From: Vulcanimicrobiaceae bacterium | GTDB taxonomy: Bacteria; Vulcanimicrobiota; Vulcanimicrobiia; Vulcanimicrobiales; Vulcanimicrobiaceae | NCBI GenBank assembly: GCA_046262595.1 | Contig: JBHEMM010000005.1 | Location: forward strand, 66,495-77,536 | DNA: 11,042 nt | Reading direction: 5' to 3' | Shown: piece by piece, positions 6,698 to 11,042 of the stretch | Numbering within the stretch: the stretch's first letter is position 1 | Layout of the letters: every line of letters starts with the position of its first letter | The notes under the pieces: model-generated | Seen by the model: only the letters and a program-made list of their open reading frames with translations | Databases searched by the model: none | Told to the model about the DNA's origin: nothing | Position numbers and translations under genes: made by a program

Positions 6698-8137
6698 GTG
6701 ATGAAGCGCGCGCGGCACAAGATCGTCGTCGTCGGTGCCGGATCGGGCGGATTTGCGGCGGCTCGCACGGCGCGCGATTTGGGTGCCGACGTCGCGCTCG
6801 TCGATCACGGCCCGCTCGGCGGCTTGTGCATTTTGCGCGGGTGCATGCCGAGCAAAGCGCTCATCGCCTCGAGCGACGCCGTCTACGACATGCGAGAAGC
6901 CGCCGAACTGGGCATTCGCGCCGGCGACATCCACATCGATTTCGGGCATATCATGCGCCGCAAAAAGCGTCTGATAAAAGGCTTCGCCGATTACCGGATC
7001 GAGGGCATCGAATCGTTCCCGCTCTACACGGGCCATGCGCGCTTTGTGTCAGCGCACGAGCTGCAAGTAGGGGAACGTGATGTCGTGCACGCCGACAAGT
7101 TCATCATCGCGACGGGCAGCGTCGTCGCGCCGGCGTCCGCCGTTCACGGTCTGGAAGAAACCGGTTACATCGACAGCGACGGCGCGCTGGAACTTGCGGT
7201 GCTGCCCAAATCGCTGATCGTGCTCGGCGGCGGCTACATCGGATGCGAGCTGGGCCAGTTCTTCTCGCGGATGGGCGTGCGCACGCAGATCGTCCTGCGC
7301 AGCGCCCACCTGCTCTCCGGCGAAGATCACGACATCGGCGATGCGCTCACGCAGTACTACCGTGACGAAGGCATCGAGGTTCATACGGGAACGCAGATCG
7401 TGCGCGTCAGTAAAAAGAAGAGTATGAAAGCCGCTCATGTCGTGCGCGCCGGCGTCGAGGGCGAGTTGGAAGCGCACGAACTGCTGTACTGCTTAGGGCG
7501 CGTTCCCAATATCGCCGGATTGGACTTGGACGCGGCCGGCGTGCGGTGCCATCACATCACCGGCATCGAAACGGACGAGACGATGCGCACGTGCAATCCG
7601 GATTTTTACGCAATCGGAGACGTGGCGGGCAAACATCTGCTCGTGCATGTGGCAATTTACGAAGGCGAGATTGCAGCGCGCAACGCCTTAACCGGTGAGA
7701 ACGTCAAAGCAGACTACACACTGCAGAAGACGCATACGGTGTTCAGCGACCCGCAGGTAGCGGTGGCCGGCGCGACGGAACGCGACCTGGAGCGCGCGGG
7801 GACCGCCTACGTGAAAGGCAGGTACGATTTTGCCGAACACGGTAAAGCACAGTGCCTCAACAAGACCAAAGGATTTGTCAAAGTGCTGGCGTCGGTTCCC
7901 GATGGAAAGATCTTAGGCGCCGCGGTTCTGGGGCCGCACGGCTCCGACCTGATTCATGAGATGATCGTCGCCATCCATTACGGCGCGACGGTTTCGGACT
8001 TTATCAAAATTCCGCATCTGCATCCCACGCTCGCCGAAATATGGACGTATCCTGCGGAAGAATGCTGCGCCAAACTGGGCGTGAACGAACCGGGGGAAAT
8101 GGAACCCGAGATTGCAGCCGGTGGAACCGCCGGATAG
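6698..8137 (+). CDS. Class I FAD-dependent pyridine nucleotide-disulfide oxidoreductase (dihydrolipoyl dehydrogenase/mercuric reductase superfamily)
   Basis: FAD motif VVGAGSGG, redox disulfide GGLCILRGCMPSK (Cys at 6827 and 6842), IATGS, NAD(P) motif GGGYIG, YAIGD and the C-terminal dyad HPTLAE. The start is GTG 6698 or ATG 6701. Confidence 0.92.
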   Translation: MMKRARHKIVVVGAGSGGFAAARTARDLGADVALVDHGPLGGLCILRGCMPSKALIASSDAVYDMREAAELGIRAGDIHIDFGHIMRRKKRLIKGFADYRIEGIESFPLYTGHARFVSAHELQVGERDVVHADKFIIATGSVVAPASAVHGLEETGYIDSDGALELAVLPKSLIVLGGGYIGCELGQFFSRMGVRTQIVLRSAHLLSGEDHDIGDALTQYYRDEGIEVHTGTQIVRVSKKKSMKAAHVVRAGVEGELEAHELLYCLGRVPNIAGLDLDAAGVRCHHITGIETDETMRTCNPDFYAIGDVAGKHLLVHVAIYEGEIAARNALTGENVKADYTLQKTHTVFSDPQVAVAGATERDLERAGTAYVKGRYDFAEHGKAQCLNKTKGFVKVLASVPDGKILGAAVLGPHGSDLIHEMIVAIHYGATVSDFIKIPHLHPTLAEIWTYPAEECCAKLGVNEPGEMEPEIAAGGTAG

Positions 8138-8150
8138 TACGGGCCGCGCC

Positions 8151-8154
8151 GGAG
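8151..8154 (+). promoter_or_regulatory. Possible Shine-Dalgarno sequence for the glutaminase gene
   Basis: GGAG lies 5 nt upstream of the in-frame GTG at 8160. Confidence 0.4.
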
Positions 8155-8159
8155 AACGC

Positions 8160-9041
8160 GTGCATGTCGCCATCGTTCAAAGCAAACCGAACAAGGGGCG
8201 GTACGCTCAGAATTTGGCGCACACCGCAGAGATTTTTAGACAGCTCGTGCAGAGCGAAACGCCGCCCAATATCGTCGTTCTGCCTGAAGCGGCGTTCACC
8301 GGATACTTTTTGGAGGGCGCGGTCTACGAGCTGGCGTTGCCGGCAGAAGAGTTTGCACGAGACCTGACGCGCACGTGGCTCGATGCGGGCGGCGGCACTG
8401 CGGACCTGGTGTGCGGCTTTTACGAAAATGACGGCGGGACGTATTACAACAGCTCGCTGTACGCGCACGTGCATGAGGGCCGCTCGCAACGCGTTCACTT
8501 ACACCGCAAGATGTTTCTGCCGACGTACGGCGTGTTCGATGAGGAGCGCTTTCTTTCGCGCGGACGCCGCCTGCAGACGTTTCACACGCGTTTCGGCACG
8601 ATGGCCATGCTGATCTGCGAAGACGTCTGGCATGCAATCATGCCGACGATTGCGGCGATCAAAGGCGCGCGCACGATCATTGTACCGAGCGCAGCGCCGG
8701 GCCGCGGCATCGAAGAGGACAACGAGCTCGGCAGCATCGCGCGCTGGCGAGAGATCTTACATTCGACCGCCTCCGAACACGGCATGTATCTGCTGTACGC
8801 GGGCCTGGCCGGTTTCGAGGGGGGCAAAGGCATGACGGGCTCCTCGCGCATCGTCGATCCGCGCGGCCGCACGTTGGTTCAGGCGCCTGCCTTGGGCGAG
8901 CATCTCGTGCGGGCGACGATCGACCTGCGTGAAGTGGATCTGGCGCGTGCAACGCTGCCGCTGCTTGGCGATCTGCGTGCGGTGCTTCCGGATCTGCTCT
9001 TGGACGACGAACTGCCGCTTCCGCGGCTGCGCCGCGAATGA
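8160..9041 (+). CDS. Carbon-nitrogen hydrolase (nitrilase fold); probable stand-alone glutaminase subunit of Gln-dependent NAD+ synthetase
   Basis: Glu-Lys-Cys triad in LPEAAFTGY (8286), HRKMFLPTYGVFDEERF (8508) and ICEDVWH (8616). The LPxYGVFDExR motif is typical of NAD synthetase glutaminase domains. The start is GTG 8160 with GGAG at 8151-8154; an in-frame TTG at 8112 is the alternative. ATGA overlap with nadE. Confidence 0.88.
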   Translation: MHVAIVQSKPNKGRYAQNLAHTAEIFRQLVQSETPPNIVVLPEAAFTGYFLEGAVYELALPAEEFARDLTRTWLDAGGGTADLVCGFYENDGGTYYNSSLYAHVHEGRSQRVHLHRKMFLPTYGVFDEERFLSRGRRLQTFHTRFGTMAMLICEDVWHAIMPTIAAIKGARTIIVPSAAPGRGIEEDNELGSIARWREILHSTASEHGMYLLYAGLAGFEGGKGMTGSSRIVDPRGRTLVQAPALGEHLVRATIDLREVDLARATLPLLGDLRAVLPDLLLDDELPLPRLRRE

Positions 9042-9889
9042 TTCCGGTTATCGAGCCGGCGGCCGGCATCTTTACCCGAGCGCCCGGTATCAATGCGGCC
9101 ATTACGGCGGAATGGCTCGTTGCGTTTCTGCACGACGAGCTGATCGAACGCCGCAACATCGCGCATGCCGTCGTCGGTCTCTCCGGCGGCGTCGACTCGG
9201 CGGTCACGGCGTTTCTTTGTGCGCGCGCGCTCGGTGCGTCCAACGTGCACGCGATCCGTCTGCCGTACGCATCCTCCAGCCCGCAGAGTCTGACCGATGC
9301 GCGTCTGGTCACGCAGACGCTGGGTTTGGACGAACACACGATTGAAATCACCGCGGCCGCCGACGGATATCTGCAGTTTGAGCCGGATGCCGGTGCCCGG
9401 CGCCGCGGCAACGTCATGGCGCGCGTGCGCATGGCGGTTCTCTTCGATCAATCGGCGAAATACTGCGCGCTGCCGGTCGGCACCGGAAACAAAACCGAAC
9501 GGCTGCTGGGATATTTCACCTGGCACGCGGACGACACCCCGCCGGTCAATCCGATCGGCGACCTGTACAAATCTCAGGTGTGGGAACTCGCGCGCTATTT
9601 GGGCGTTCCGCAGCCGCTCATCGACAAAGCGCCGAGCGCGGATCTGGAAGCAAACCAAACGGACGAGAGCGATTTGGGTATTACCTACGAACGAGCCGAC
9701 GCCATTCTGGCGCGCATGTTGGAAGGATACTCCAACGCACAGCTCGCCGCGCACGGATTCAAAGCCGCCGATGTCACGCTCGTGCGCCGCCGGCTGGACG
9801 GCACGCACTGGAAACGGCATCTGCCGACGACAGCGATGCTCACCAACACCGCGATCAATGAATTCTATCTTCGCCCGGTTGACTTTTAA
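9038..9889 (+). CDS. nadE: NAD+ synthase (single synthetase domain)
   Basis: PP-loop GLSGGVDSAV, plus GNVMARVRMAVLFD, GTGNKTERLLGYFTWHAD, PIGDLYKSQVWELARYLG and KAPSADL...QTDESDLGITY. Confidence 0.96.
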   Translation: MIPVIEPAAGIFTRAPGINAAITAEWLVAFLHDELIERRNIAHAVVGLSGGVDSAVTAFLCARALGASNVHAIRLPYASSSPQSLTDARLVTQTLGLDEHTIEITAAADGYLQFEPDAGARRRGNVMARVRMAVLFDQSAKYCALPVGTGNKTERLLGYFTWHADDTPPVNPIGDLYKSQVWELARYLGVPQPLIDKAPSADLEANQTDESDLGITYERADAILARMLEGYSNAQLAAHGFKAADVTLVRRRLDGTHWKRHLPTTAMLTNTAINEFYLRPVDF

Positions 9890-9892
9890 GCG

Positions 9893-11042
9893 ATGCCGTC
9901 GGTAGAGACGATTGCGGTCGGCACGGAAATTCTTTTAGGACAACTCGTCGACACGAACACAGCGTTTATCGCACGCGAACTTGCCAAATGCGGCCTCGAT
10001 GTCTATGCCGCGCATGCGGTCGGAGATAACCGCGCGCGCATCGCCGCAGCGATTACCGCAGCGCTGGAGCGTGCGGACGGCGTCATCACTACGGGCGGAC
10101 TGGGGCCGACGATCGACGATCTGACCAAAGAGGCGGTCTGCGACGCGCTGCAGTGCGCTGCCGAGGTAAACGGGCCCGCACTGGGCGCGATCGAAGCGTG
10201 GTTTGCGCGTATGGGACGCGAGATGCGAGAGAACAACCGCAAACAGGCGGCAGTTCCACAAGGCGCGCTCGTGCTTGCGAACGAGAACGGCACGGCTCCC
10301 GGATTTATCGCCGTGCGTGCCGACGGCAAATTCGTCGCGAGTATGCCGGGCGTACCTGCGGAGATGAAACCCATGCTTACCGGCGCGCTCGTGCCGTGGC
10401 TGCAGGCGCGGTTCGAGCTCCATCAAACGATCCACACGCGGGTCCTGCACACGATCAATATCGCCGAATCGGAAATCGATCATCGCATCGGCGATCTCTT
10501 CCGCACGCTGGAAAACCCCAAGATAGCCGTTCTGGCGCACGACTACCGGTGCGATGTGAAGATTATGGCGAAAGCCGGATCGCGGCAAGAAGCGATCGAC
10601 CTCGTCGCGCCCGTCGAGTACGCAATCAATAAACGCCTCGCGGGGCACGTGTACGGCGTGGACGGCCAAACGCTCGCCGGTGCGGTGCTAGGCATACTCG
10701 CGCACACCGGACAAACGCTGGCCGTTGCTGAGTCGTGCACCGGCGGACGAATCGCGCAAGCGTTTACCGCCGTTCCGGGCTCGTCGAAAAGCTTCATGGG
10801 CGCGGTCGTCGCATACGATAACGCCGTCAAAGAACGCCAGCTCCACGTTTCCAAGCAAACGCTCGAACGCTATGGAGCGGTGAGCGGGGAAACGGTGCGC
10901 GAGATGGCGGCCGGCGTTCGAGAGGCACTCGAATCCAAGATCGGCATCGCGACCACCGGTATCGCCGGGCCGGATGGCGGTACGCTCGAAAAGCCCGTCG
11001 GCATCGTCTGGATCGGCGTCTGCGACATGCGCGGCGTTCAGG
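9893..11042 (+). CDS. cinA: CinA family competence/damage-inducible protein (MoeA-like N-domain plus PncC NMN deamidase), 3' partial
   Basis: Not in the ORF track because it has no stop within the window. Manual translation from ATG 9893 gives MPSVETIAVGTEILLGQLVDTN...VGDN...TTGGLGPTIDDLTKEA...MPGVPAEM...AVAESCTGG...PGSS...GAVS...TTGIAGPDGGTLEKPVGIVWIG. Confidence 0.95.
   Translation, partial: MPSVETIAVGTEILLGQLVDTNTAFIARELAKCGLDVYAAHAVGDNRARIAAAITAALERADGVITTGGLGPTIDDLTKEAVCDALQCAAEVNGPALGAIEAWFARMGREMRENNRKQAAVPQGALVLANENGTAPGFIAVRADGKFVASMPGVPAEMKPMLTGALVPWLQARFELHQTIHTRVLHTINIAESEIDHRIGDLFRTLENPKIAVLAHDYRCDVKIMAKAGSRQEAIDLVAPVEYAINKRLAGHVYGVDGQTLAGAVLGILAHTGQTLAVAESCTGGRIAQAFTAVPGSSKSFMGAVVAYDNAVKERQLHVSKQTLERYGAVSGETVREMAAGVREALESKIGIATTGIAGPDGGTLEKPVGIVWIGVCDMRGVQ

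Noticed and set aside
6698..8137. Naming the oxidoreductase lpdA or merA
   Set aside because: The signatures are mixed and there are no dehydrogenase-complex or mer neighbours, so neither symbol is supported.
9030..9045. Pseudogenising frameshift in a fused Gln-dependent nadE
   Set aside because: The junction is a standard ATGA overlap and both halves have intact catalytic motifs.
8677..10669. Long minus-strand ORFs (8677-9432, 8879-9820, 9935-10669)
   Set aside because: Antisense to the well-supported glutaminase, nadE and cinA genes.
1..11042. CRISPR array, tRNA/rRNA, IS/prophage or defence genes
   Set aside because: No repeat-spacer periodicity, RNA gene signatures or transposase, integrase or nuclease motifs were seen. 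Almost the whole window is explained by the CDSs listed.

Overview
An 11 kb, high-GC, gene-dense bacterial chromosomal window with three apparent transcription units. No rRNA, tRNA, CRISPR array or mobile element was seen. (1) A + strand unit: a partial hypothetical protein, an M16B zinc peptidase, an Amj-family alternate lipid II flippase and a TPR lipoprotein. (2) A convergent - strand surface-glycosylation unit: a PIG-V/GT76-like mannosyltransferase, a GtrA-type flippase and an ArnT/GT39-like GT-C transferase. (3) A divergent + strand unit: a class I pyridine nucleotide-disulfide oxidoreductase, a stand-alone NAD-synthetase-type glutaminase, NAD+ synthase NadE and a CinA/PncC NMN deamidase cut off by the window edge. 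Most genes belong to known families. The points most worth checking are the dual GT-C/GtrA glycosylation cassette, a probable CTG start for amj, the split two-subunit Gln-dependent NAD synthetase, and an oxidoreductase with mixed lipoamide-dehydrogenase/MerA signatures at the head of the NAD operon. All family calls come from motif recognition by eye; no database search was run.
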